Part shown: positions 36,590 through 50,996 of the stretch, one piece after another
How positions within the stretch are numbered: the first letter of the stretch is position 1
Layout: the number at the start of each line of letters is the position of its first letter
NCBI RefSeq assembly: GCF_032444005.1
Contig: NC_091282.1
Location: 55,242,001 to 55,306,000 of the forward strand
Direction of reading: 5' to 3'
Source of the DNA: Ranitomeya imitator
Taxonomy: Eukaryota
Length of the DNA: 64,000 nt
Program-made: the position numbers and the translations under genes
The notes under the pieces: model-generated
Told to the model about the DNA's origin: nothing
Database searches by the model: none
The model's input: only the letters and a program-made list of their open reading frames with translations

Positions 36590-39550
36590 TGTCCACGTAG
36601 TATATTCCCCAGCCACGTAGTATATTACCCAGCCACGTAGTATATTGCCCAGTCACGTAGTATATTGCACAGCCACGTAGTATATTGCACAGCCACGTAG
36701 TATATTGGCCAGCCACATAGTATATTACCCAGCCACGTAGTATATTGGCCAGCCACGTAGTATATTGCCCAGCCACGTAGTATATTGCCCAGTCACGTAG
36801 TATATTGCACAGCCACGTAGTATATTACCCAGCCACGTAGTATATTGGCCAGCCACGTAGTATATTGCCCAGCCACGTAGTATATTACCCAGCCACGTAG
36901 TATATTGCCCAGCCACGTAGTATATTCCCAGCCACGTAGTATATTGCCCAGTCACGTAGTATATTGCCCAGCCACGTAGTATATTCCCAGCCACGTAGTA
37001 TATTGCCCAGTCACGTAGTATATTGCCCAGCCACGTAGTATATTGCCCAGCCACGTAGTATATTGCCCAGTCACGTAGTATATTGCCCAGCCACGTAGTA
37101 TATTCCCAGCCACGTAGTATATTGCCCAGTCACGTAGTATATTGCCCAGCCACGTAGTATATTGCACAGCCACGTAGTATATTCCCAGCCACGTAGTATA
37201 TTGCCCAGTCACGTAGTATATTGCACAGCCACGTAGTATATTACCCAGCCACGTAGTATATTGCCCAGTCACGTAGTATATTCCCAGCCACGTAGTATAT
37301 TGCCCAGTGACGTAGTATATTCCCAGCCACGTAGTATATTCCCAGCCACGTAGTATATTGCCCAGTGACGTAGTATATTGCACAGCCACGTAGTATATTA
37401 CCCAGCCACGTAGTATATTGCCCAGCGACGTAGTATATTCCCAGCCACGTAGTATATTCCCAGCCACGTAGTATATTGCCCAGTCACGTAGTATATTGCA
37501 CAGCCACGTAGTATATTACCCAGCCATATAGTATATTGCCCAGCCACGTAGTATATTCCCAGCCACGTAGTATATTCCCAGCCACGTAGTATATTGCCCA
37601 GTCACGTAGTATATTGCCCAGCCACGTAGTATATTCCCAGCCACGTAGTATATTGCCCAGCCACGTAGTATATTACCCAGCCACGTAGTATATTGCCCAG
37701 TCACGTAGTATATTGCACAGCCACGTAGTATATTGCACAGCCACGTAGTATATTGGCCAGCCACATAGTATATTACCCAGCCACGTAGTATATTGGCCAG
37801 CCACGTAGTATATTGCCCAGCCACGTAGTATATTGCCCAGTCACGTAGTATATTGCACAGCCACGTAGTATATTACCCAGCCACGTAGTATATTGGCCAG
37901 CCACGTAGTATATTGCCCAGCCACGTAGTATATTACCCAGCCACGTAGTATATTGCCCAGCCACGTAGTATATTCCCAGCCACGTAGTATATTGCCCAGT
38001 CACGTAGTATATTGCCCAGCCACGTAGTATATTCCCAGCCACGTAGTATATTGCCCAGTCACGTAGTATATTGCCCAGCCACGTAGTATATTGCCCAGCC
38101 ACGTAGTATATTGCCCAGTCACGTAGTATATTGCCCAGCCACGTAGTATATTCCCAGCCACGTAGTATATTGCCCAGTCACGTAGTATATTGCCCAGCCA
38201 CGTAGTATATTGCACAGCCACGTAGTATATTCCCAGCCACGTAGTATATTGCCCAGTCACGTAGTATATTGCACAGCCACGTAGTATATTACCCAGCCAC
38301 GTAGTATATTGCCCAGTCACGTAGTATATTCCCAGCCACGTAGTATATTGCCCAGTGACGTAGTATATTCCCAGCCACGTAGTATATTCCCAGCCACGTA
38401 GTATATTGCCCAGTGACGTAGTATATTGCACAGCCACGTAGTATATTACCCAGCCACGTAGTATATTGCCCAGCGACGTAGTATATTCCCAGCCACGTAG
38501 TATATTCCCAGCCACGTAGTATATTGCCCAGTCACGTAGTATATTGCACAGCCACGTAGTATATTACCCAGCCACATAGTATATTGCCCAGCCACGTAGT
38601 ATATTCCCAGCCACGTAGTATATTCCCAGCCACGTAGTATATTGCCCAGTCACGTAGTATATTGCCCAGCCACGTAGTATATTCCCAGCCACGTAGTATA
38701 TTGCCCAGCCACGTAGTATATTGCCCAACCACGTAGTATATTCCCCAGCCACGTAGTATATTGCCCAACCACGTAGTATATTGCCCAGCCACGTAGTATA
38801 TTCCCAGCCACGTAGTATATTCCCAGCCGCGTAGTATATTGCCCAGCCACGTAGTATATTCCCAGCCATGTAGTATATTCCCAGCCATGTAGTATATTGC
38901 CCAGCCACGTAGTATATTGCCAAGCCACGTACTATATTTCCAGCCACGTAGTATATTGCCCAGCCACGTAGTATATTGCCCAACCACGTAGTATATTCCC
39001 AGCCACGTAGTATATTCCCAGCCACGTAGTATATTGCCCAGCCACGTAGTATATTGCCCAACCACGTAGTATATTCCCCAGCCACGTAGTATATTGCCCA
39101 ACCACGTAGTATATTCCCAGCCACGTAGTATATTCCCAGCCGCGTAGTATATTGCCCAGCCACGTAGTATATTGCCCAACCACGTGGTATATTCCCCAGC
39201 CACGTAGTATATTGCCCAACCACGTAGTATATTGCCCAGCCACGTCGTATATTCCCAGCCACGTAGTATATTCCCAGCCACGTAGTATATTGCCCAGCCA
39301 CGTAGTATATTGCCCAACCACGTAGTATATTCCCCAGCCACGTAGTATATTGCCCAACCACGTAGTATATTCCCCAGCCACGTAGTATATTGCCCAGCCA
39401 CGTAGTATATTGCCCAACCACGTAGTATATTGCCCAGCCACGTAGTATATTCCCAGCCACGTAGTATATTCCCAGCCACGTAGTATTTTGCCCAGCCACG
39501 TAGTATATTGCCTAGCCACGTAGTATATTGCCCAGTCACGTAGTATATTC
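36590..39550. repeat. 19/20-bp satellite (CACGTAGTATATTGCCCAGC)n, block 1, with a 1048-bp internal duplication
   Basis: Identical ORFs at 36725/37773 and 36952/38000. Confidence 0.95.
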
Positions 39551-41193
39551 TTCATCCCTCTTCAATCTGGCTTCCGCTCTTTACACTCTACTGAAACTGC
39601 CCTCACTAAAGTCTCTAATGACCTACTAACAGGTAAATCTAATGGTCACTACTCCATGCTAATTCTCTTGGATCTCTCTGCAGCATTCGACACTGTGGAT
39701 CATCAGCTCCTCCTCACTATGCTCCGCTCCATCGGCCTCAAGGACACCGTTCTCTCTTGGTTCTCCTCCTATCTCTCTGACCGATCCTTCACTGTATGTT
39801 TTGCTGGTTCCTCCTCCTCTCACCTTCCCCTTACTGTTGGGGTTCCTCAAGGATCAGTCCTAGGCCCCCTCCTCTTCTCGTTGTATACTGCCCCTATTGG
39901 ACAAACAATCAGTAGATTTGGTTTCCAGTACCATCTCTATGCTGACGACACCCAATTATACACTTCTTCTCCTGATATCACACCGACCTTTTTAGAAAAC
40001 ACCAGTGATTGTCTTACCGCTGTCTCTAACATCATGTCCTCCCTCTATCTGAAACTAAACCTGTCAAAAACTGAACTCCTCGTGTTCTCTCCCTCTACTA
40101 ACCTACCTTAGCCTGACATTGCCATCTCCGTGTGCGGTTCCACCATTACTCCAAAGCAACATGCCCGCTGCCTTGGGGTCATCCTTGATTCCGAGCTTTC
40201 ATTCACCCCCCACATCCGATCACTGGCTCGCTCTTCTTACCTGCATCTCAAAAACATTTCTAGAATTCGCCCTTTTCTTACTTTCGACTCTGCAAAAACT
40301 CTTACTGTTTCACTTATTCATTCTCGTCTGGACTATTGTAACTCTCTACTAATCGGCCTCCCTCTTGCAAAACTCTCCCCGCTCCAATCTGTCCTGAATG
40401 CTGCAGCCAGGATCATATTCCTCACCAACCGTTACACCGATGCCTCTACCCTGTGCCAGTCATTACACTGGCTACCCATCCACTCCAGAATCCAGTACAA
40501 AACTACTACCCTCATCCACAAAGCACTCCATGGCTCAGCACCACCCTATATCTCCTCTCTGGTCTCGGTCTACCACCCTACCCGTGCCCTCCGCTCCGCT
40601 AATGACCTCAGGTTAGCATCCTCAATAATCAGAACCTCCCACTCCCGTCTCCAAGACTTTACACGTGCTGCGCCGATTCTTTGGAATGCACTACCTAGGT
40701 TAATACGATTAATCCCCAATCCCCACAGTTTTAAGCGTACCCTAAAAACTCACTTGTTCAGACTGGCCTACCGCCTCAATGCATTAACCTAACGATCCCT
40801 GTGTGGCCTATTTATATAAAAAAAAAAACAAAAAAAACAATCAGGTTCCTCGCATCATGTTCTCATACACTTTATGCAGTTAATAGCCCTCTGTGTCTAT
40901 ACTGCTGCATACTTAGGCAGGTAACTGGTTCATGCAGCTTTACATGAACACCCGAGCCTTACACTATGGCTGGTCCGAATAACTAAAGCAATTGTTACCA
41001 TCCACCTCTCGTGTCTCCCCTTTTCCTCATAGTCTGTAAGCTTGCAAGCAGGGCCCTCACTCCTCCTGGTATCTATTGTGAACTGTATTCCTGTTATGCT
41101 GTAATGTCTATTGTCTGTACTAGTCCCCTCTATAATTTGTAAAGCGCTGCGGAATATGTTGGCGCTATATAAATAAAAATTATTATTATTATT
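39551..41193 (+). mobile_element. 5'-truncated L2-clade LINE; RT C-terminal half interrupted by a single in-frame stop
   Basis: [52 protein letters not shown]. ORFs 39656..40111 and 40130..40792 are in the same frame, separated by TAG at 40109-40111. 3' tail AATAAAAA(TTA)n; possible TATATTC target duplication. Confidence 0.93.
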
Positions 41194-41199
41194 ATATTC

Positions 41200-43930
41200 C
41201 CCAGCCACATATTTTATTGCCCAGTCACGTAGTATATTCCCCAGTCACGTAGTATATTGCCCAGTCACGTAGTATATTGGCCAGTCACATAGAATATTGC
41301 CCAGTCACGTAGTATATTGCCCAGTCACATAGTATATTGCCCAGTCACGTAGTATATTGCCCAGGAACGTAGTATATTGCCCAGCAACGTAGTATATTGC
41401 CCAGCCACGTAGTATATTGCCCAGCAACGTAGTATATTGCCCAGTCACGTAGTATATTCCCCAGTCACGTAGTATATTGGCCAGTCACGTAGTATATTGC
41501 CCAGTCACGTAGTATATTGCCCAGCCACGTAGTATATTGCCCAGCAACGTAGTATATTGCCCAGTCACGTAGTATATTGCCCAGCCACATAGTATATTGC
41601 CCAGCAACGTAGTATATTGCCCAGCAACGTAGTATATTGCCCAGTCACGTAGTATATTCCCCAGTCACGTAGTATATTGGCCAGTCACGTAGTATATTGC
41701 CCAGTCACGTAGTATATTGCCCAGCAACGTAGTATATTGCCCAGCAACGTAGTATATTGCCCAGTCACGTAGTATATTCCCCAGTCACGTAGTATATTGG
41801 CCGTCACGTAGTATATTGCCCAGCCACGTAGTATATTGCCCAGCAACGTAGTATATTGGCCAGTCACGTAGTATATTGCCCAGTCACGTAGTATATTGCC
41901 CAGCCACGTAGTATATTGCCCAGCAACGTAGTATATTGCCCAGCCACGTAGTATATTGCCCAGCCACGTAGTATATTGCCCAGTCACCTAGTATATTGCC
42001 CAGTCAGGTAGTATATTGCCCAGCAACGTAGTATATTGCCCAGTCACGTAGTATATTGCCCAGCCACGTACTATATTCCCCAGCCACGTAGTATATTCCC
42101 CAGCCACGTAGTATATTGCCCAGCCACGTAGTATATTCCCAGCCACGTAGTATATTGCCCAGCCACGTAGTATATTCCCCAGCCACGTAGTATATTGCCC
42201 AGCCACGTAGTATATTGCCCAGCAACGTAGTATATTGCCCAGCAACGTAGTATATTGCCCAGTCACATAGTATATTGCCCAGCCACATAGTATATTGCCC
42301 AGTCACGTAGTATATTGCCCAGCAACGTAGTATATTGCCCAGTCACGTAGTATATTGCCCAGCCACGTAGTATATTGCCCAGTCACGTAGTATATTGCCC
42401 AGCAACGTAGTATATTGCCCAGTCACGTAGTATATTCCCCAGTCACGTAGTATATTGCCCAGCCACGTAGTATATTGCCCAGCCACGTAGTATATTGCCC
42501 AGTCACGTAGTATATTCCCCAGTCACGTAGTATATTGCCCAGCCACGTAGTATATTGCCCAGTCACGTAGTATATTCCCCAGTCACGTAGTATATTGCCC
42601 AGCAACGTAGTATATTGCCCAGTCACGTAGTATATTCCCCAGTCACGTAGTATATTGCCCAGCCACGTAGTATATTGCCCAGTCACGTAGTATATTCCCC
42701 AGTCACGTAGTATATTGCCCAGCCACGTAGTATATTGCCCAGTCACGTAGTATATTGGCCAGTCACGTAGTATATTTCCCAGTCACGTAGTATAATGCCC
42801 AGCCACGTAGTATATTGCCCAGCCACGTCGTATATTGCCCAGTCACGTAGTATATTGCCCAGTCACGTAGTATATTGGCCAGCCACGTAGTATATTGGCC
42901 AGCCACGTAGTATATTGCCCAGCAACGTAATATATTGCCCAGTCACGTAGTATATTGCCCAGCAACGTAGTATATTGCCCAGCCACGTAGTATATTGCCC
43001 AGTCACGTAGTATATTGCCCAGCCACGTAGTATAATGCCCAGCCACGTAGTATATTGCCCAGCCACGTAGTATATTGGCCAGTCACGTAGTATATTCCCC
43101 AGTCACGTAGTATATTGCCCAGCAACGTAGTATATTGCCCAGTCACGTAGTATATTCCCCAGTCACGTAGTATATTGCCCAGCCACGTAGTATATTGCCC
43201 AGTCACGTAGTATATTGGCCAGTCACGTAGTATATTTCCCAGTCACGTAGTATAATGCCCAGCCACGTAGTATATTGCCCAGCCACGTCGTATATTGCCC
43301 AGTCACGTAGTATATTGCCCAGTCACGTAGTATATTGGCCAGTCACGTAGTATATTGGCCAGCCACGTAGTATATTGCCCAGCAACGTAATATATTGCCC
43401 AGTCACGTAGTATATTGCCCAGCAACGTAGTATATTGCCCAGCCACGTAGTATATTGCCCAGTCACGTAGTATATTGCCCAGCCACGTAGTATAATGCCC
43501 AGCCACGTAGTATATTGCCCAGCCACGTAGTATATTGGCCAGTCACGTAGTATATTCCCCAGTCACGTAGTATATTGCCCAGTCACGTAGTATATTGCCC
43601 AGCCACGTAGTATATTGCCCAGCCACGTAGTATATTGCCCAGCCACGTAGTATATTGCCCAGCCACGTAGTATATTGCCCAGTCACGTAGTATATTGCCC
43701 AGCCATGTAGTATATTGCCCAGCCACGTAGTATATTGCCCAGCCACGTAGTATATTGCCCAGTCACGTAGTATATTGCCCAGTCACGTAGTATATTGCCC
43801 AGTCACGTAGTATATAGCCCAGTCACGTAGTATATTGCCCAGCCACGTATTATATTGCCCAGCCACGTAGTATATTGCCCAGCCACGTAGAATATTGGTC
43901 AGCCACGTATTATATTGCCCAGTCACATAA
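41200..43930. repeat. 20-bp satellite block 2 (CAGTCACG/CAGCCACG/CAGCAACG variants)
   Basis: Direct repeats; 460-bp sub-period (ORFs at 42843/43303). Confidence 0.95.
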
Positions 43931-44106
43931 AATAAAAAATAAACATATACTCACCTTAGTCCTGGCTCCTGTGTACGGTGCAGGCGGCAGCTTCTGGAGC
44001 CAGGGTTGGTATGACTATGAGCGTAGTCTCCCTTAGCATCCTTAGCACCGGAACTTGCCGCTTGCACTGGCGAGGAGAGGGCGCACGTCGGAGGGTGAGA
44101 ATAACA

Positions 44107-44138
<32 letters not shown>

Positions 44139-45299
44139 TGTAACATTAGGTCGTTTTACTATTGATGCTGCATACGCATCATCAATAGTAAAACCTTGGT
44201 CACACAGGGTTAATAGCTGCATAACGGGAGTGCGTTACACCGCGCTCCGGTAACGCTGGCATTAATCCTGTGTGAGGGCTGACTGGATGACTGGAGGGGA
44301 GTATGGAGCGGGCACTGACTGTGGGGAGGAAAGAGCGGCCATATTGCTGCCGGACTGTGGCCGTCGCTGATTGGTCGGGACAATGGTCGTGGGCGTTTTG
44401 CCACGACCAATCAGCGACTTGGATTCCATGCCGCGACCAATGAATATCTGTGACAGAAAGACAGACGGAAGTGACCCTTAGACAATTATATAGTAGATAT
44501 ATATATATATATATATACACTGTATGTATGTATATATATGGTCATTCCTGATTGACAGCTCCTCAGTGTCCCTCCTCCCTGCTGCTGAATGTAACCACAT
44601 AGCCTGACTGACAGCTCCCCAGTGATCTCCTCCCTACATAGCTTACTTATGCAATCCTAAGCTGATCCTATACTAGACTCTACTCACATTATGCATTAAC
44701 ACTTCACATCCTGTATATCACCATAATATGTTACATAAGGCACGTCACTTTTACCATAAAACCACACAACAGTATTCACACGATGCGTTGTTGTCTTCTG
44801 GGGCAGGGTAAGCCAGTCCACATCCCTACACAGCCAATCTACCATGGATCTTCATAGAAACTACTCCAGCCTCATCAAGTCCAAGAAATCTAACAAAGTA
44901 TACAGTTTTGCTTATGTCTTAGGTTGACATGTCCATATGTCCTAATTTTATTCAGTTCTTTCCTGCTCATCATACAGCACCAAGATTTTCTCCAGCACAG
45001 CAGTATGATCAATACATGGCGGATTGTTTTGTTTATTCAGTTTTGTTTGTTTCCTAATAACAATCGCTAATTTGGATATGGAAACCAATGTAGGTTATTG
45101 CCTGTTATTTAACACACCCTGAAGAAAAGCCGTGTCTCACTGCCCTCATCACCCTGCATTTTGTACTGATTCTCAAGCTTTGTAACTTGCTGTCTGAGTG
45201 GGAGGTTCCTTTTCATCAGCCTTCTGCCAGCACTATAGGAGCTGGGACTTTCACTCACTTCTCAACATGCATGACTTCTGCCATTGTTTTTCATCTTAG

Positions 45300-45910
45300 G
45301 CTACTTTCACACATCAGGTTTTCGCTGTCAGGCTCAATCTGGCCAATGTTGCCGCCGGATCCAGTTTTTTTCCCATAGACTTGTATTAGTGCCGGATTGC
45401 GCCGGATGACATTGCGTTTCGTCCGTTTTTCGCCGGATCCGGAAAATCTGCCATTTCCGGTTTCTGGAAAAAACATCCATAGCAACGTTTTTTGTCTCCG
45501 GCGAAAAAGCCGGATCCAGCGCTTCCGGCTGTTTCCTAGAATGGAAGCCTATGAGAGCAGGAAGGTGGCGGATCCGGAAAATAACGGATTCCAGCTCCGG
45601 ATTCCGTTTTTTTAAAACTGAGCATGCTCCAAATTTTTTTTTAGCCAATAATGTAGTTATGCTAGCCAGATCCGTTGAAAAAACGGATCCGTCGCATCAG
45701 TTTTTCACAATCTGCGCCGGATCATGCCTGATGCAAAAAACCTGATGTTTTTTGCGCCATGCCGATTCCGGCGTCGCGCCGCAGTGCCGGATCCGCCATA
45801 ATGGATGGGACAGATCCGGTTTTCTGCCGGATGCAATGTCTGGATCCGGCGGTAAACCAGGTCCGTCCCATCCAGTTGGCATCTGTTTAGTCCGTTTTTC
45901 CTTCCGGTTT
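45300..45910. mobile_element. Truncated Harbinger-type MITE(s) rich in GGATCC/TCCGG (copy 1; copy 2 at about 50293-50900)
   Basis: TTA|GGCTACTTTCACAC left end; internal inverted repeats; right TIR truncated. Confidence 0.65.
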
Positions 45911-46298
45911 TTGACGGATCCGGATTTTAAGAACGCCCCTGGGAGGCTCCAAAATGTGATTGGCCCCCTCAAAACTATATATACACAGTCTTCCTACATC
46001 CCATCCAGGGTCGGACTGGCCCACCGGGATACCGGTGAAATGCCCGGTGGGCCCCGACCCAGAGAGGAGGAAGGAAAAAAAAAAAAAAAAGAGACGCGGG
46101 CCCTTTAAATCTTTGGGCGGCGCCGACCGCCGCCACGACCAGGGCCCCCGCCCCCCCGATGCCAGCGCCGGCATCGGGCCCCCATTCTAATACTCACCTC
46201 TCCTGGTTCCTGTGGCAGCTGCGGTGTCTTCAGCGCCCTCTGACTCTGCGACGTCTCAGGGCAGAGGGTGCGATGACGTCATCACTGCGCGCTCTGCC

Positions 46299-49098
46299 AC
46301 GTAGTATATTGCCCAGCAACGTAGTATATTGCCCAGCCACGTAGTATATTGCCCAGCAACGTAGTATATTGCCCAGTCACGTAGTATATTCCCCAGGCAC
46401 GTAGTATATTGGCCAGTCACGTAGTATATTGCCCAGTCACGTAGTATATTGCCCAGCCACGTAGTATATTGCCCAGCAACGTAGTATATTGCCCAGTCAC
46501 GTAGTATATTGCCCAGCCACATAGTATATTGCCCAGCAACGTAGTATATTGCCCAGCAACGTAGTATATTGCCCAGTCACGTAGTATATTCCCCAGTCAC
46601 GTAGTATATTGGCCAGTCACGTAGTATATTGCCCAGTCACGTAGTATATTGCCCAGCAACGTAGTATATTGCCCAGCAACGTAGTATATTGCCCAGTCAC
46701 GTAGTATATTCCCCAGTCACGTAGTATATTGGCCGTCACGTAGTATATTGCCCAGCCACGTAGTATATTGCCCAGCAACGTAGTATATTGGCCAGTCACG
46801 TAGTATATTGCCCAGTCACGTAGTATATTGCCCAGCCACGTAGTATATTGCCCAGCAACGTAGTATATTGCCCAGCCACGTAGTATATTGCCCAGCCACG
46901 TAGTATATTGCCCAGTCACCTAGTATATTGCCCAGTCAGGTAGTATATTGCCCAGCAACGTAGTATATTGCCCAGTCACGTAGTATATTGCCCAGCCACG
47001 TACTATATTCCCCAGCCACGTAGTATATTCCCCAGCCACGTAGTATATTGCCCAGCCACGTAGTATATTCCCAGCCACGTAGTATATTGCCCAGCCACGT
47101 AGTATATTCCCCAGCCACGTAGTATATTGCCCAGCCACGTAGTATATTGCCCAGCAACGTAGTATATTGCCCAGTCACATAGTATATTGCCCAGCCACAT
47201 AGTATATTGCCCAGTCACGTAGTATATTGCCCAGCAACGTAGTATATTGCCCAGTCACGTAGTATATTGCCCAGCCACGTAGTATATTGCCCAGTCACGT
47301 AGTATATTGCCCAGCAACGTAGTATATTGCCCAGTCACGTAGTATATTCCCCAGTCACGTAGTATATTGCCCAGCCACGTAGTATATTGCCCAGCCACGT
47401 AGTATATTGCCCAGTCACGTAGTATATTCCCCAGTCACGTAGTATATTGCCCAGCCACGTAGTATATTGCCCAGTCACGTAGTATATTCCCCAGTCACGT
47501 AGTATATTGCCCAGCAACGTAGTATATTGCCCAGTCACGTAGTATATTCCCCAGTCACGTAGTATATTGCCCAGCCACGTAGTATATTGCCCAGTCACGT
47601 AGTATATTCCCCAGTCACGTAGTATATTGCCCAGCCACGTAGTATATTGCCCAGTCACGTAGTATATTGGCCAGTCACGTAGTATATTTCCCAGTCACGT
47701 AGTATAATGCCCAGCCACGTAGTATATTGCCCAGCCACGTCGTATATTGCCCAGTCACGTAGTATATTGCCCAGTCACGTAGTATATTGCACAGCCACGT
47801 AGTATATTGGCCAGCCACGTAGTATATTGCCCAGCAACGTAATATATTGCCCAGTCACGTAGTATATTGCCCAGCAACGTAGTATATTGCCCAGCCACGT
47901 AGTATATTGCCCAGTCACGTAGTATATTGCCCAGCCACGTAGTATAATGCCCAGCCACGTAGTATATTGCCCAGCCACGTAGTATATTGGCCAGTCACGT
48001 AGTATATTCCCCAGTCACGTAGTATATTGCCCAGCAACGTAGTATATTGCCCAGTCACGTAGTATATTCCCCAGTCACGTAGTATATTGCCCAGCCACGT
48101 AGTATATTGCCCAGTCACGTAGTATATTCCCCAGTCACGTAGTATATTGCCCAGCCACGTAGTATATTGCCCAGTCACGTAGTATATTGGCCAGTCACGT
48201 AGTATATTTCCCAGTCACGTAGTATAATGCCCAGCCACGTAGTATATTGCCCAGCCACGTAGTATATTCCCCAGCCACGTCGTATATTGCCCAGTCACGT
48301 AGTATATTGCCCAGTCACGTAGTATATTGGCCAGTCACGTAGTATATTGGCCAGCCACGTAGTATATTGCCCAGCAACGTAATATATTGCCCAGTCACGT
48401 AGTATATTGCCCAGCAACGTAGTATATTGCCCAGCCACGTAGTATATTGCCCAGTCACGTAGTATATTGCCCAGCCACGTAGTATAATGCCCAGCCACGT
48501 AGTATATTGCCCAGCCACGTAGTATATTGGCCAGTCACGTAGTATATTCCCCAGTCACGTAGTATATTGCCCAGTCACGTAGTATATTGCCCAGCCACGT
48601 AGTATATTGCCCAGCCACGTAGTATATTGCCCAGCCACGTAGTATATTGCCCAGCCACGTAGTATATTGCCCAGTCACGTAGTATATTGCCCAGCCATGT
48701 AGTATATTGCCCAGCCACGTAGTATATTGCCCAGCCACGTAGTATATTGCCCAGTCACGTAGTATATTGCCCAGTCACGTAGTATATTGCCCAGTCACGT
48801 AGTATATAGCCCAGTCACGTAGTATATTGCCCAGCCACGTATTATATTGCCCAGCCACGTAGTATATTGCCCAGCCACGTAGAATATTGGTCAGCCACGT
48901 ATTATATTGCCCAGTCACATAAAATAAAAAATAAACATATACTCACCTTAGTCCTGGCTCCTGTGTACGGTGCAGGCGGCAGCTTCTGGAGCCAGGGTTG
49001 GTATGACTATGAGCGTAGTCTCCCTTAGCATCCTTAGCACCGGAACTTGCCGCTTGCACTGGCGAGGAGAGGGCGCACGTCGGAGGGTGAGAATAACA

Positions 49099-49130
<32 letters not shown>

Positions 49131-49489
49131 TGTAACATTAGGTCGTTTTACTATTGATGCTGCATACGCATCATCAATAGTAAAACCTTGGTCACACAGG
49201 GTTAATAGCTGCATAACGGGAGTGCGTTACACCGCGCTCCGGTAACGCTGGCATTAATCCTGTGTGAGGGCTGACTGGATGACTGGAGGGGAGTATGGAG
49301 CGGGCACTGACTGTGGGGAGGAAAGAGCGGCCATATTGCTGCCGGACTGTGGCCGTCGCTGATTGGTCGGGACAATGGTCGTGGGCGTTTTGCCACGACC
49401 AATCAGCGACTTGGATTCCATGCCGCGACCAATGAATATCTGTGACAGAAAGACAGACGGAAGTGACCCTTAGACAATTATATAGTAGA
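46299..49489 (-). mobile_element. Duplicated 5' portion of the Helitron (satellite block 3 at 46299-48920 plus 5' terminus)
   Basis: Copy of 41367-44497; terminus ..TAGTAGA|T at 49489. Confidence 0.75.
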
Positions 49490-50996
49490 TATATATATAT
49501 ATATATATACACTGTATGTATGTATATATATGGTCATTCCTGATTGACAGCTCCTCAGTGTCCCTCCTCCCTGCTGCTGAATGTAACCACATAGCCTGAC
49601 TGACAGCTCCCCAGTGATCTCCTCCCTACATAGCTTACTTATGCTATCCTAAGCTGATCCTATACTAGACTCTACTCACATTATGCATTAACACTTCACA
49701 TCCTGTATATCACCATAATATGTTACATAAGGCACGTCACTTTTACCATAAAACCACACAACAGTATTCACACGATGCGTCTGTTGTCTTCTGGGGCAGG
49801 GTAAGCCAGTCCACATCCCTACACAGCCAATCTACCATGGATCTTCATAGAAACTACTCCAGCCTCATCAAGTCCAAGAAATCTAACAAAGTATACAGTT
49901 TTGCTTATGTCTTAGGTTGACATGTCCATATGTCCTAATTTTATTCAGTTCTTTCCTGCTCATCATACAGCACCAAGATTTTCTCCAGCACAGCAGTATG
50001 ATCAATACATGGCGGATTGTTTTGTTTATTCAGTTTTGTTTGTTTCCTAATAACAATCGCTAATTTGGATATGGAAACCAATGTAGGTTATTGCCTGTTA
50101 TTTAACACACCCTGAAGAAAAGCCGTGTCTCACTGCCCTCATCACCCTGCATTTTGTACTGATTCTCAAGCTTTGTAACTTGCTGTCTGAGTGGGAGGTT
50201 CCTTTTCATCAGCCTTCTGCCAGCACTATAGGAGCTGGGACTTTCACTCACTTCTCAACATGCATGACTTCTGCCATTGTTTTTCATCTTAGGCTACTTT
50301 CACACATCAGGTTTTCGCTGTCAGGCTCAATCTGGCCAATGTTGCCGCCGGATCCAGTTTTTTTCCCATAGACTTGTATTAGTGCCGGATTGCGCCGGAT
50401 GACATTGCGTTTCGTCCGTTTTTCGCCGGATCCGGAAAATCTGCCATTTCCGGTTTCTGGAAAAAACATCCATAGCAACGTTTTTTGTCTCCGGCGAAAA
50501 AGCCGGATCCAGCGCTTCCGGCTGTTTCCTAGAATGGAAGCCTATGAGAGCAGGAAGGTGGCGGATCCGGAAAATAACGGATTCCAGCTCCGGATTCCGT
50601 TTTTTTAAAACTGAGCATGCTCCAAATTTTTTTTTAGCCAATAATGTAGTTATGCTAGCCAGATCCGTTGAAAAAACGGATCCGTCGCATCAGTTTTTCA
50701 CAATCTGCGCCGGATCGTGCCTGATGCAAAAAACCTGATGTTTTTTGCGCCATGCCGATTCCGGCGTCGCGCCGCAGTGCCGGATCCGCCATAATGGATG
50801 GGACAGATCCGGTTTTCTGCTGGATGCAATGTCTGGATCCGGCGGTAAACCAGGTCCGTCCCATCCAGTTGGCATCTGTTTAGTCCGTTTTTCCTTCCGG
50901 TTTTTGACGGATCCGGATTTTAAGAACGCCCCTGGGAGGCTCCAAAATGTGATTGGCCCCCTCAAAACTATATATACAGTCTTCCTACATCCCATC

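Larger units (their letters stand above)
36543..44497 (-). mobile_element. Non-autonomous Helitron (about 8 kb) inserted in a (TA)n run, filled with a 20-bp satellite and an L2 insertion
   Basis: Minus strand: A|TCTACTATA.. 5' end at 44497; 3' end ..ACCCGATGCGTTAGAATCGGGCCACCATCTAA|T (hairpin CCCGAT/ATCGGG then CTRR) at 36543; no TSD, A|T target. Confidence 0.75.

Noticed and set aside
36561-48738. Many [19 protein letters not shown] ORFs; superficially CRISPR-like or repeat-protein-like
   Set aside because: Head-to-tail satellite without unique spacers, no cas genes, eukaryotic context.
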